Below, piece by piece: positions 6,295 through 15,571 of a stretch of 26,504 bases of DNA. The stretch covers positions 1 through 26,504 of the IMG/VR virus record IMGVR_UViG_3300009051_000214. One strand, given 5' to 3'. Numbering within the stretch: position 1 is the stretch's first letter; each line of letters opens with the position of its first letter. The notes below the pieces were generated by a model. That model had not been told where the DNA came from and made no database searches. It was given only the letters and a program-made list of their open reading frames with translations. Source of the DNA: a virus. Lineage: Duplodnaviria > Caudoviricetes. The position numbers and the translations under genes were made by a program.

Positions 6295-8829
6295 ATGTCC
6301 GATTTTTATACCAATGTCAGCGTCTCTGGTCGATTTATTCTTCTAAGAGGTGTTGAGAATGATAGAAGGGTCAGACGGAAGGTTGAATTCCGTCCGACCT
6401 TTTTTCTTTTGTCACAAGAACAATCAGACTACACCACACTGGCTGGTGACTATGTAAAACCAATACAACCTGGCACAATTCCAGAGTGCCGAGAATTTCT
6501 ACAGAGGTATGAGAATGTCGACAATTTTCCTATTTTTGGCAATAATCGCTACGAGTATGCTTATATTGCTGACGAGTATCCTGATGATATCCTTTGGGAT
6601 ATTAATAAAATCACTGTTGCCTATCTTGACATTGAAGTCGGGTCTGAATTTGGGTTCCCAGAACCAAAAGACGCCAACGAGTCCATCACAGCCATCACAA
6701 TCAAAGTTAAAGGTAATTATTTTGTGTTTGGTTGCGGCGATTACAGCAAGCATCGTGACGACGTGCACTATGCAAAGTGTCGCGACGAATCAGACCTTAT
6801 ACGAAGATTCCTCGACTTATGGAGCCGATGGCATCCAGATGTAGTCACTGGCTGGAATATTAAAACATTCGATATTCCATATCTTGTAAATCGCATTACC
6901 AAGATTCTTGGTGAAGATGAAGCCAAGAAACTATCACCATGGAATCGTTTGAACAAACGCGAAGCATTCATCATGAATCGCGATCATGAAATCTATGAGA
7001 TGGATGGTATTGCCACACTTGATTACATTGAATTGTATCGCAAGTTCACATATTCACAGCAAGAGTCTTATAGGCTTGATCACATTGCACACGTTGAGTT
7101 GGGTGAGAAGAAATTAGATTACTCTGAGTATGAAACGCTACATGAGTTGTACAGAGAAGATTATCAAAAATTCATTGAGTATAACGTCAAAGACGTTGAA
7201 CTTGTCGAGAAACTCGAAGACAAGATGAAGTTGGTTGAGTTGGCACTCACTCTTGCATACGATAACAAAGTAAACTATGATGATGTGTTCACGCAAGTGC
7301 GCATGTGGGATGCGATTGTTTACAATTATCTATTGAAGAAAAAGATTGTCATTCCACAGATGTCTCGTGGAACAAAGAGTTCGCAATATGAGGGTGCGTA
7401 TGTCAAGGATCCGATTCTTGGTATGCATCAGTGGGTTGCGTCGTTTGACTTGAACAGTCTGTACCCACATTTGATCATGCAGTATAACATTTCAATGGAA
7501 ACTCTGATTGAGCCAAAGAATTATACTGAAAGCCAACGCAGTTTCTTGATCGAAAATAAAATTAATGTTGACGCGCTACTCAATCAAAAGGTTGATACAA
7601 CCGTCCTCAAGAATGTAACATTAACACCAAATGGTCAATTGTTCAGCACAAAGGAACAAGGCGTACTTCCTGAAATCATGGACACCATGTACAAAGATCG
7701 TACACGCTATAAGAAGTTAGCATTAGAAGCCAAAAAGAAAATCGAAACTGTGCTTGATGATAAAAACCAAGTTGAGTATCTTGAGAAACAAGTTGCACGA
7801 TATAACAATCTTCAGTTGGCAAAGAAGGTCACTCTAAACTCTGCTTACGGTGCACTGGGTAATCAATACTTCCGCTTCTTCGATATTCGTATCGCTGAAG
7901 GTATCACAACAGCAGGTCAGTTGTCTATTCGTTGGATTGAAAAGAAGATCAACGAGTACATGAATAGTCTACTCAAAACTCAAGAAAAAGATTATGTGAT
8001 TGCGTCAGATACTGATTCAATCTATTTGAACATGGGTCCACTGGTTCAGAAACTCTATCCAAACGTCTCAGAAACCAAGAAGGTAATTGACTTCATGGAC
8101 AAAGTCTGCGACCAGAAAATTCAACCATTCATTGATTCTTCTTATCAAGAACTGAAAGAATATGTCAATGCGTTTCAACAACGCATGGAAATGAAACGTG
8201 AGTCTTTGGCTGACAAAGCAATCTGGACTGCGAAGAAACGATATATCCTCAATGTGTACAACAGCGAGGGTGTGGCATATGCTAAACCGAAACTCAAGAT
8301 TATGGGTCTTGAGGCAGTGAAATCATCAACTCCTGCTGCTTGTCGTGCTAAGATTAAAGAAGCGATCAATATTATCATGACCAAGACAGAAAGTGATCTA
8401 CATAAGTTCATTGATGAGTTCAGATCAGACTTTAAGCAATTGCCTGTCGAAGAGATTGCATTCCCAAGATCTGTGAATGGCTTAACTGAGTATGCTGATG
8501 TTGGAATGATTTACAAGAAGGGAACGCCAATTCACGTGAAGGGTGCGCTTGTATTCAATCACTATTTGCGGGAATACAAACTGACTAAGAAATATCAATT
8601 GATTCAAGAGGGCGAGAAAATTAAATTTGTCTATCTAAAGCAGCCTAATGCTTTCAATAACAATACTCTTGCATTCATCTCTGGAATTCCAAAACAATTC
8701 AGAGCAGATCAGTATATTGACCACAATTTGCAATTTGAAAAGTCTTTTATTGAGCCATTACAAATTATTCTTTCTACAATTAATTGGAAGGCAGAAAAAA
8801 TTAATTCTCTGGATTGCTTTTTTGAGTAA
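6295..8829 (+). CDS. gp43: family B DNA polymerase (T4 gp43-like)
   Basis: ExoI YLDIEV, ExoII GWNIKTFDIPYL, ExoIII YNVKDV; Pol motifs SFDLNSLYPH, KKVTLNSAYG, ASDTDS, KKRY; 844 aa and uninterrupted. Confidence 0.98.
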   Translation: MSDFYTNVSVSGRFILLRGVENDRRVRRKVEFRPTFFLLSQEQSDYTTLAGDYVKPIQPGTIPECREFLQRYENVDNFPIFGNNRYEYAYIADEYPDDILWDINKITVAYLDIEVGSEFGFPEPKDANESITAITIKVKGNYFVFGCGDYSKHRDDVHYAKCRDESDLIRRFLDLWSRWHPDVVTGWNIKTFDIPYLVNRITKILGEDEAKKLSPWNRLNKREAFIMNRDHEIYEMDGIATLDYIELYRKFTYSQQESYRLDHIAHVELGEKKLDYSEYETLHELYREDYQKFIEYNVKDVELVEKLEDKMKLVELALTLAYDNKVNYDDVFTQVRMWDAIVYNYLLKKKIVIPQMSRGTKSSQYEGAYVKDPILGMHQWVASFDLNSLYPHLIMQYNISMETLIEPKNYTESQRSFLIENKINVDALLNQKVDTTVLKNVTLTPNGQLFSTKEQGVLPEIMDTMYKDRTRYKKLALEAKKKIETVLDDKNQVEYLEKQVARYNNLQLAKKVTLNSAYGALGNQYFRFFDIRIAEGITTAGQLSIRWIEKKINEYMNSLLKTQEKDYVIASDTDSIYLNMGPLVQKLYPNVSETKKVIDFMDKVCDQKIQPFIDSSYQELKEYVNAFQQRMEMKRESLADKAIWTAKKRYILNVYNSEGVAYAKPKLKIMGLEAVKSSTPAACRAKIKEAINIIMTKTESDLHKFIDEFRSDFKQLPVEEIAFPRSVNGLTEYADVGMIYKKGTPIHVKGALVFNHYLREYKLTKKYQLIQEGEKIKFVYLKQPNAFNNNTLAFISGIPKQFRADQYIDHNLQFEKSFIEPLQIILSTINWKAEKINSLDCFFE
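6369..6410 (+). terminator. terminator/attenuator-like hairpin inside the 5' part of the gp43 CDS
   Basis: GGTC-A-GACGGAA (6369-6380), loop GGTTGAA, TTCCGTC-C-GACC (6388-6399), then TTTTTTCTTTT (6400-6410). Confidence 0.55.
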
Positions 8830-8842
8830 TTTGTTATAGAAT
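8814..8842 (+). promoter_or_regulatory. sigma70-type promoter upstream of uvsX
   Basis: TTGCTT (8814-8819), 17-nt spacer, TAGAAT (8837-8842), leading into the only sizeable gap of the replication block, followed by SD GAGGAG. Confidence 0.6.
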
Positions 8843-8867
8843 ATTATATTCAATTGAGGAGATACAA

Positions 8868-9926
8868 ATGAGTTTACTTGAAAAACTGAAGAAAAATAGT
8901 ACGATCAAAGACACTGCAATCCTCGCAAAGTCCAAGTTCTTTGCTGCGAAGGATATGATTCAGACAACAATTCCAGTTGTCAATGTCGCATTCTCTGGTG
9001 ATCTTGATGGTGGCTTCACTCCTGGACTCACGATGTGGGCTGGTCCGTCAAAGCACTTCAAGACTGCATTCAGTCTCTTGATGGCAAAAGCATATCAAGA
9101 TAAGTATCCTGACTCTGTTGTTCTGTTCTATGACTCTGAGTTTGGCACTCCACAAAATTATTTTACTTCTTTTGGTATCGACATGGAGCGAGTGATCCAC
9201 ACTCCAGTGACCGACGTTGAGCAGTTGAAGTTTGACATCATGAATCAATTACAAAATATTGATCGCGGCGAGCGAATCATGATCGTTGTTGACTCAATTG
9301 GTAATCTTGCGTCAAAGAAAGAAGTTGAAGATGCTCTTGAGCAAAAGTCTGTCGGTGACATGACTCGTGCCAAGCAAATTAAATCCCTGTTCCGTATGGT
9401 GACACCACACCTCACCCTAAAGGACATTCCGATGGTCGTAGTAAATCACACCTATAAAGAAATAGGTCTGTATCCCAAGGATATTGTCGGTGGCGGAACA
9501 GGTTCCTATTATTCTGCTGATAACATTTACATCCTTGGTCGTCAGCAGGAAAAAGATGGCACTGATTTGATTGGTTACAACTTTATCATCAACGTGGAGA
9601 AATCTCGTTATGTTCGCGAAAAAGCCCGTATCCCTGTCACTGTTCGTTTCGATGGTGGTATTAGCAAGTACAGCGGTCTTTTGGATATGGCACTTGAGTC
9701 GGGTCATGTGGTAAAACCGAGCGTAGGTTGGTATGCCAAAGTGAACACTGCCACTGGTGAAGTTGATTCAAAGAAATGGCGCATTGCTGATACTGAATCT
9801 GCTGAATTCTGGGATAGCATTCTTGTAGATGATACATTCAAGGATTGGGTGCGCAATGCATATCAATTTAGTTCTGCTGTTGCTGGTAATTTAGCATCTG
9901 CTGTAGAAGAGGAAGAAGATGTTTGA
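8868..9926 (+). CDS. uvsX: RecA-like recombinase UvsX
   Basis: Walker A GPSKHFKT as in T4 UvsX, FYDSEFG, VVDSIGNLASKKE, DMTRAK, VNHTY, GGGTG. Confidence 0.97.
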   Translation: MSLLEKLKKNSTIKDTAILAKSKFFAAKDMIQTTIPVVNVAFSGDLDGGFTPGLTMWAGPSKHFKTAFSLLMAKAYQDKYPDSVVLFYDSEFGTPQNYFTSFGIDMERVIHTPVTDVEQLKFDIMNQLQNIDRGERIMIVVDSIGNLASKKEVEDALEQKSVGDMTRAKQIKSLFRMVTPHLTLKDIPMVVVNHTYKEIGLYPKDIVGGGTGSYYSADNIYILGRQQEKDGTDLIGYNFIINVEKSRYVREKARIPVTVRFDGGISKYSGLLDMALESGHVVKPSVGWYAKVNTATGEVDSKKWRIADTESAEFWDSILVDDTFKDWVRNAYQFSSAVAGNLASAVEEEEDV

Positions 9927-10425
9927 GGATCTGATCGCTAAACTCGAATTCTGGTACGTCAAAAAACGTTTCAAGATTGATAAACAATACACTTTCTTTT
10001 TGGATCTCAATGGTCCACCTGGAAGTTTTGCTATCAAACTTTTGGGTAAATATGAGGGTGTGATCGTTGAGTTTACTGATGTTAAAGTTGGCGATAATAA
10101 CTTGATGACTTTTGATTATGATATTATCTCAAATGTAAACAACGTAAACACCAATAGCAAATCATTTCAGAGATTTACTTCTAACGTGATGCGTAGTATA
10201 CTTCTGAATGCAATTGAAAATACGGTGAAGGAAGGCAATGAAAACAGAAACACTGATCTTGTCGAATCTGATTCGGAACGAGTCGTTCATGAGGAAATCG
10301 CTTCCATTTCTGAAGAGCGAGTACCTGACAGAAAGCCACGAAAGAAAACTATTCGAGGAAATAAAAAAGTTCATTCTGAAGTACAACAATCTGCCGCCGA
10401 TGGCAGCACTGGAAATCAGTCTTAA
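9919..10425 (+). CDS. hypothetical protein in the T4 gp40 (head vertex assembly chaperone) position
   Basis: Lies between uvsX and gp41 as gene 40 does in T4; SD-like GAGGA; C-terminal 62 codons overlap gp41. Confidence 0.55.
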   Translation: MFEDLIAKLEFWYVKKRFKIDKQYTFFLDLNGPPGSFAIKLLGKYEGVIVEFTDVKVGDNNLMTFDYDIISNVNNVNTNSKSFQRFTSNVMRSILLNAIENTVKEGNENRNTDLVESDSERVVHEEIASISEERVPDRKPRKKTIRGNKKVHSEVQQSAADGSTGNQS

Positions 10426-11614
10426 AGAATCTACCAAACTTACAGAGGGTGAGTTAAATAAGTCACTCGAACTTCTACAGGAGATTTCGAATGACAAAGC
10501 AGAACAACAACTCGGCTGGTTACTTGATACAACGGAAAAGTTCTGTCAAGAAAAAGCGATTTACAATGCTATCATGGATTCCATTCAGATCCTCGATGGC
10601 AAAGATCAAAATCGTGGCAAAGGAAGCATTCCTACTCTCCTTTCTGATGCTCTGGGCGTTAGTTTCGATCCTCATATTGGTCACGACTTTTTGGATGGTT
10701 ACACTGATCGCTACGATTTCTATCATCGTATCGAAAAAAGAATCCCATTTGATCTTGAATACTTCAACAAGATCACTAAAGGTGGACTTCCGCAGAAGAC
10801 CCTTAACATTGCTCTTGCAGGTACTGGCGTCGGCAAGTCTCTTTTTATGTGTCATGTGGCTGCTTCTTGTCTGACACAAAACTATAATGTCTTGTATATC
10901 ACTCTAGAAATGAGTGAAGAGAAGATTGCTGAACGTATTGATGCAAATCTTCTGAATGTGAACTTAGATGATCTCATGAACATGCCAAAAGACATGTATG
11001 AGAAGCGTATGAGTAAACTCAAGGGTAATATCAAAGGCAAGTTGATCATCAAGGAGTATCCAACTGCTTCTGCGAATCCTGCGCATTTCCGTGCATTGAT
11101 TAATGACCTTGCGCTGAAGAAGAACTTCCGTCCAGATATTATTTTCATCGACTATCTAAATATTTGCGCATCTGCTCGAATCAAGGCTGGCGCAAATGTT
11201 AATTCATACACCTACATCAAAGCCATCGCAGAAGAACTTCGTGGGCTTGCCGTCGAAAATAACGTGCCGATTGTCTCCGCAACTCAGACGACAAGGTCGG
11301 GCTTTTCGAATTCAGACCCAGGTTTGGAGGATACTTCCGAGTCTTTCGGGCTTCCTGCTACTGCTGATTTCATGTTTGCATTGGTGAGCACCGAGGAACT
11401 GCAGCAATTAAATCAAATTCTAGTGAAGCAGTTGAAGAATCGTTATAATGATCCAAATCTTCACAAGAGATTTACGATTGGGATTGATCGCGGTAAGATG
11501 AAACTCTATGATCTTGAGCAGAAAGCGCAAGATGCAGTCATGCAAGAAACTGAATCTAAACCAGTCTTTGATCGAGGTCGCAGCACAGACAAATTTAAAA
11601 ATTTGAAAGTATGA
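10238..11614 (+). CDS. gp41: replicative DnaB-like helicase (T4 gp41-like)
   Basis: Walker A AGTGVGKS, YITLEM, IKEYPT, IFIDYLNI, SATQTTR, SESFGLPATADFMFAL, KQLKNRY. Confidence 0.97.
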   Translation: MKTETLILSNLIRNESFMRKSLPFLKSEYLTESHERKLFEEIKKFILKYNNLPPMAALEISLKESTKLTEGELNKSLELLQEISNDKAEQQLGWLLDTTEKFCQEKAIYNAIMDSIQILDGKDQNRGKGSIPTLLSDALGVSFDPHIGHDFLDGYTDRYDFYHRIEKRIPFDLEYFNKITKGGLPQKTLNIALAGTGVGKSLFMCHVAASCLTQNYNVLYITLEMSEEKIAERIDANLLNVNLDDLMNMPKDMYEKRMSKLKGNIKGKLIIKEYPTASANPAHFRALINDLALKKNFRPDIIFIDYLNICASARIKAGANVNSYTYIKAIAEELRGLAVENNVPIVSATQTTRSGFSNSDPGLEDTSESFGLPATADFMFALVSTEELQQLNQILVKQLKNRYNDPNLHKRFTIGIDRGKMKLYDLEQKAQDAVMQETESKPVFDRGRSTDKFKNLKV

Positions 11615-12231
11615 AGTTGAGTAAGATAGAAAAGAAAGTGCATTCACTCACTACAACTTGGGTGGGTGACAAACACATTCCCTCTATCATTCGAGGACTT
11701 AATAAAACATTTCAAAAGTCTATAATTTATTTCTGTTCTGCTCGATACGACGAAGAATTTTATGAAGATCATTCTGTAATTGTTTCTGGTCAATATTGTC
11801 CAAGAATCTTCTCAGCGATTCCAGAAAATATCCTCATTACATTATCGTTTCCCGCGAATTCTAAGCGAGCAATCATATCAGAAGATTGCGCTAAAAACCT
11901 TACTGTCAAAATCATTCGTGCAATTCACCACGAGTATCGCCACAAGCATCAGCAAAAGGGTCGTGGGTATGTTTATACAAAACAATACAATACTAAGAAA
12001 GGTACAAGAGATAGAATGAAGTTGCATTACTATGGCAACCCAGATGAAATTGATGCTCATGCGTACGAAACACAGGCTGAGCACCTAGATATAAATAGAT
12101 TACGAATTGCGCATAGAATTAATTGGCGCGAATCTGAGGCAGTGTTTATGTATCGTAAACACTTTCGCAAACAAGACCCAAAAGTCTGGAAACGATTTCT
12201 AAAGAAGGTTTATAAGAATGGCTGCGGATAA
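11611..12231 (+). CDS. HEXXH-motif (zincin-like) hypothetical protein
   Basis: AIHHEYRHKHQ followed by YYGNPDEIDAHA (candidate third ligand Glu). Confidence 0.65.
   Translation: MKLSKIEKKVHSLTTTWVGDKHIPSIIRGLNKTFQKSIIYFCSARYDEEFYEDHSVIVSGQYCPRIFSAIPENILITLSFPANSKRAIISEDCAKNLTVKIIRAIHHEYRHKHQQKGRGYVYTKQYNTKKGTRDRMKLHYYGNPDEIDAHAYETQAEHLDINRLRIAHRINWRESEAVFMYRKHFRKQDPKVWKRFLKKVYKNGCG
12090..12097 (+). promoter_or_regulatory. T4-type late promoter TATAAATA
   Basis: Exact gp55 consensus TATAAATA, 120 nt upstream of the 12218 start and embedded in the previous CDS. Confidence 0.55.
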
Positions 12232-12919
12232 CAAAGGGTTTTTATATGAGAGCAAGATTAATAAGTTGCTCAAAAAATATAAAATTCAAAGCGCAGGATT
12301 TCAAGGTGCTGGTGCAGATCCAAATGCACCAGATGCCGAAATAATTATCAAAGGTGTTAAGTATAAAGTTGAAATTAAATTAGATTTGAAAGTTGATTTT
12401 GGTCAGGGTTCTTTAGATTATGATCTAAAAAGAAATAAGTGGATACTTGGTGGTGCTAAAACTGAATCTGCTGAACAAATGCGCGAATTTCTAACTTCTA
12501 TCAAAGTCCCCGAACTTGTTAATAAAGAATGGGGCGCAGCAGGTCCACCAAGAAAATTCACGGTGCCCTTAGATAGTTTTAAACCATCTGATGTTGCGCA
12601 TGACTATGCCAAGTTTAAGGATCGTTTCATCGATGTAAAGGCTAGTGCTGTTGCAGATTATTATGCCAGCAAGAAAACCTATTATATTCAAATTGGTAAG
12701 TATGGTCTATTCTATATGGGCAAAGATATAGCCAAGTTAGGTGTTCCAGAATTTAATCCAAAATTACGTTTAAGAATTAGATTAAAGCGCGGCGGAAGTT
12801 TCCCTATATACAACTATAGATTCTCTACTGCGTTGCAAGCAGTTTCGTTGAATAAATCAGACATAGATCTAGAAAATGTAAATGATTTAATTGTTATTTC
12901 TGCGAGGACGAAAAAATAA
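12218..12919 (+). CDS. PD-(D/E)XK nuclease-like protein
   Basis: GFLYESKI (helix Glu)...APDAEI...KVEIK spacing of a restriction-endonuclease-like active site. Confidence 0.6.
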   Translation: MAADNKGFLYESKINKLLKKYKIQSAGFQGAGADPNAPDAEIIIKGVKYKVEIKLDLKVDFGQGSLDYDLKRNKWILGGAKTESAEQMREFLTSIKVPELVNKEWGAAGPPRKFTVPLDSFKPSDVAHDYAKFKDRFIDVKASAVADYYASKKTYYIQIGKYGLFYMGKDIAKLGVPEFNPKLRLRIRLKRGGSFPIYNYRFSTALQAVSLNKSDIDLENVNDLIVISARTKK

Positions 12920-12922
12920 TTT

Positions 12923-13873
12923 ATGACAACATTTGTGACTGGTGGTTTGGGATTCATTGGATCTAATTTCGTATTCAGCCACCTTAAAAAATATCCTGCT
13001 GATACGGTTGTAATCATTGACAACCATTCATACGCATCAAACACAAACAATATTCTTGGCTTATATGAAGATTATCGTGTCATTGTCCAACGATGCGATA
13101 TCCGTAACATTCAACGTTTAGATCAATTGTATCACGATTATGAACCAGACATTACGTTCCATTTTGCTGCTGAGTCTCACGTTGATAACTCTATTCTTGG
13201 TGACGATGCTTTCCTCAGCACTAATATTGAAGGCACTCACAACATTCTAAAGTGTATTCGCAAACACAGTGGAAAGTTAGTGCATGTTTCAACAGATGAG
13301 GTCTATGGTAGTTTGACACCAGATGCTCCATCTTTCACAGAAAAAACACCATACGATCCACGCAATCCATACTCTGCCACGAAAGCAGCCAGTGATCATC
13401 TCGTTCGTGCTTATGTAAACACACATAAAATTGATGCAGTTGTGACCAATTGCTCAAATAACTATGGTCCTCGGCAACACGCTGAGAAATTTGTCCCAAC
13501 AATCATTCGTAATATTAAAAACAATACACCAATCCCAGTTTATGGCAGCGGCACAAATGTTCGTGATTGGTTGTTTGTCGAAGATCATTGCGAGGCATTG
13601 TTAACAATCGGCGCAAACTTTAAATCTGGTGAGCGATATAACATTGGTGGTGGTCATGAAATCACCAATCTAGAAATGGTAACGTTGATTCTTGACTTGA
13701 TGGGCAAACCAGTTAACATGTATCAGAACTGGATTAATTTTGTAACTGACCGTAAGGGTCATGATTTTAGATATTCTATAAATTCGGACAAAATCTTCAA
13801 GGAACTTGGTTGGTCCGCAAAGACCAAGATCGTCCAAGGGCTGGAGAAAACTTTGGAGTGGTATAATGCGTAA
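12923..13873 (+). CDS. rmlB: dTDP-glucose 4,6-dehydratase
   Basis: GGLGFIG, HFAAESHVD, STDEVYG, YSATK, NCSNNYGP, RDWLFVEDH, DRKGHDFRY. Confidence 0.95.
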   Translation: MTTFVTGGLGFIGSNFVFSHLKKYPADTVVIIDNHSYASNTNNILGLYEDYRVIVQRCDIRNIQRLDQLYHDYEPDITFHFAAESHVDNSILGDDAFLSTNIEGTHNILKCIRKHSGKLVHVSTDEVYGSLTPDAPSFTEKTPYDPRNPYSATKAASDHLVRAYVNTHKIDAVVTNCSNNYGPRQHAEKFVPTIIRNIKNNTPIPVYGSGTNVRDWLFVEDHCEALLTIGANFKSGERYNIGGGHEITNLEMVTLILDLMGKPVNMYQNWINFVTDRKGHDFRYSINSDKIFKELGWSAKTKIVQGLEKTLEWYNA

Positions 13874-14738
13874 AGGGATTATTTTATCAGGTGGATTAGG
13901 CACACGTCTCTATCCGTGCACAAAGGTTATTTCAAAACAGTTATTGCCTGTTTATGACAAACCGTTAGTTTATTACCCAATCTCTACATTGATGCTTGCT
14001 GGTATTCGTGATATTTTAATTGTAACTTCGCCAGCGGATAGTCATTCATTTCAAACTCTAGTTAAAGACGGATCTCAGTTTGGACTGAATATTTCTTATA
14101 CAACTCAACTTGAGCCAAAAGGTATTGCTGAGTGTTTTCGCATTGCTGAAAAATGGATTGGTAAAGATGACGTTGCTTTGATTTTAGGCGATAACATCTT
14201 TTATGGTAATGATCTTGTTAATCGATTTAATGCAGCAAACTGGAATAATGCAGGTTGCACATTGTTTGCGTATCATGTAAATGACCCAGAACGATTTGGT
14301 GTCTTAGAAACTAACAGTAATGGGGATCCAGTGCGAATTGTTGAGAAGCCAAGATTCGCATCAAGCAATTATGCAGTTACTGGATTATATTTCTACGACA
14401 ATAAAGTTGTTGATTACTCGTGGCAAATTTCTCCATCAGAGCGCGGTGAGTTGGAAATTACAGACATCAACAACATTTACATGAAAAAGAATGATTGTAA
14501 AGTTGAGTATCTAAACCGTGGTGTTGCATGGATTGATACAGGAACGTTTGAATCTCTCTCAGAAGCCTCTGTATTTGTTGGTTCTGTTCAGCGAAGAACA
14601 GGAACTATGATTGCATGCCCAGAAGAGATTGCGTATAGAAATGGCTGGATCACTCAAGGGCAACTTGAGTTTGCAGCAAGTAAATATAGTAAATCGGATT
14701 ATGGTAAGTATCTCTATAGAATTTTACAAGCGAGGTGA
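13866..14738 (+). CDS. rmlA: glucose-1-phosphate thymidylyltransferase
   Basis: MRKGIILSGGLGTRLYP, KQLLPVYDKP, LILGDNIF, ERFGV, VEKP, RGELEITD, WIDTGT; start moved from 13806 to the in-frame ATG at 13866. Confidence 0.96.
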   Translation: MRKGIILSGGLGTRLYPCTKVISKQLLPVYDKPLVYYPISTLMLAGIRDILIVTSPADSHSFQTLVKDGSQFGLNISYTTQLEPKGIAECFRIAEKWIGKDDVALILGDNIFYGNDLVNRFNAANWNNAGCTLFAYHVNDPERFGVLETNSNGDPVRIVEKPRFASSNYAVTGLYFYDNKVVDYSWQISPSERGELEITDINNIYMKKNDCKVEYLNRGVAWIDTGTFESLSEASVFVGSVQRRTGTMIACPEEIAYRNGWITQGQLEFAASKYSKSDYGKYLYRILQAR

Positions 14739-14741
14739 TTT

Positions 14742-15518
14742 ATGGCAATTCTAGTTGTTGGTCGTGGTTGGACAGGAACAAAGGTTTTTAATGAATTGGT
14801 AGAACGTGGTCATGTCACTGCTCTCTGCTCTCATGAAAGTGCAATTCCTGCAATTGAAAATAATAGTTGGTCGTGGGTTGTTAACTGTGCAGGCGTGACT
14901 GGATCTCCAAACGTCGATGCATGTGAAAAGAAAAAGACAGAAACCATTAATGGTAATGCCGTGTTTCCAATTCTTCTACACCAAGCCTGTGAACGAAATG
15001 GTGCAAAACTAGCCCACTTCTCAAGTGGTTGCATCTATCAGGGTGAGATTGATGATGTGAATGCCGAGCCAAACTATTTCGGTAGTATCTACTCAATCAG
15101 TAAGGGTGTCTCAGATGTATATCTAAAGGACAAAGCATTGGTTTTCCGTATTCGTATGCCGTTTACAGGTAAAAATGAAGCAAAGAACTATCTGTACAAG
15201 GTTATGAACTATGCTAAAAACGGAAAACTGGTTGATGCTGGCGAGAATTCAATTACAGATTTGGACGAGGCTGTGAGTGTTGCTTGTGATCTAATTGAGG
15301 GTAATGCCTTTGGTCCATTTAATCTTGTGAATAAGAATTCTGTCAATATGCACGAACTTGTTGAATTGATGGGTATTACACCACTGTGGTTTACTGCAGA
15401 AGAGTTCAAGAATGCAACTGCAGCGGGTCGATCAACCTGTACAATTCCTGCATATGATGGTATGTCAGACGCTTTTGTTGCTTTGTCAAAGGCTATTAAA
15501 TCTATGAATTGTGAATGA
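14742..15518 (+). CDS. rmlD: RmlD-family NDP-4-keto-6-deoxyglucose reductase of NRS/ER type (probable bifunctional 3,5-epimerase/4-reductase)
   Basis: GRGWTG, NCAGVTGSPNVDACE, SSGCIY, PNYFGSIYSISK (YxxxK), RIRMP; SD GAGGTGA. Confidence 0.8.
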   Translation: MAILVVGRGWTGTKVFNELVERGHVTALCSHESAIPAIENNSWSWVVNCAGVTGSPNVDACEKKKTETINGNAVFPILLHQACERNGAKLAHFSSGCIYQGEIDDVNAEPNYFGSIYSISKGVSDVYLKDKALVFRIRMPFTGKNEAKNYLYKVMNYAKNGKLVDAGENSITDLDEAVSVACDLIEGNAFGPFNLVNKNSVNMHELVELMGITPLWFTAEEFKNATAAGRSTCTIPAYDGMSDAFVALSKAIKSMNCE

Positions 15519-15535
15519 TTTTAAAGTTGAATAAA

Positions 15536-15543
15536 CCTAAATA
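15536..15543 (+). promoter_or_regulatory. probable late promoter variant (CCTAAATA) heading the late block
   Basis: TAAATA core in the intergenic gap 15519-15571, 28 nt before the ATG at 15572. Confidence 0.5.
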
Positions 15544-15571
15544 GAAGGTAATCCCACAGTGTGGAGAGAGA

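Noticed and set aside
8812-8821. MotA box (TGCTT) middle promoter before uvsX
   Set aside because: Spacing to the -10 fits an ordinary -35/17-nt/-10 promoter better, and no motA is visible in the window
11265-11360. GC-richer patch with short hairpins in gp41
   Set aside because: Stems are short and competing; cannot be told from chance without alignments
6295-11614. Introns, inteins or split genes in gp43, uvsX and gp41
   Set aside because: All three have normal lengths and continuous motifs
13806-13865. Longer rmlA start given in the track
   Set aside because: RmlA homology starts at MRKGIIL (ATG 13866), which overlaps the rmlB stop in the usual way
13859-13867. Extended -10 element TGGTATAAT
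   Set aside because: It overlaps the rmlA ATG, so it cannot drive rmlA, and it is explained by the Trp-Tyr-Asn codons of rmlB
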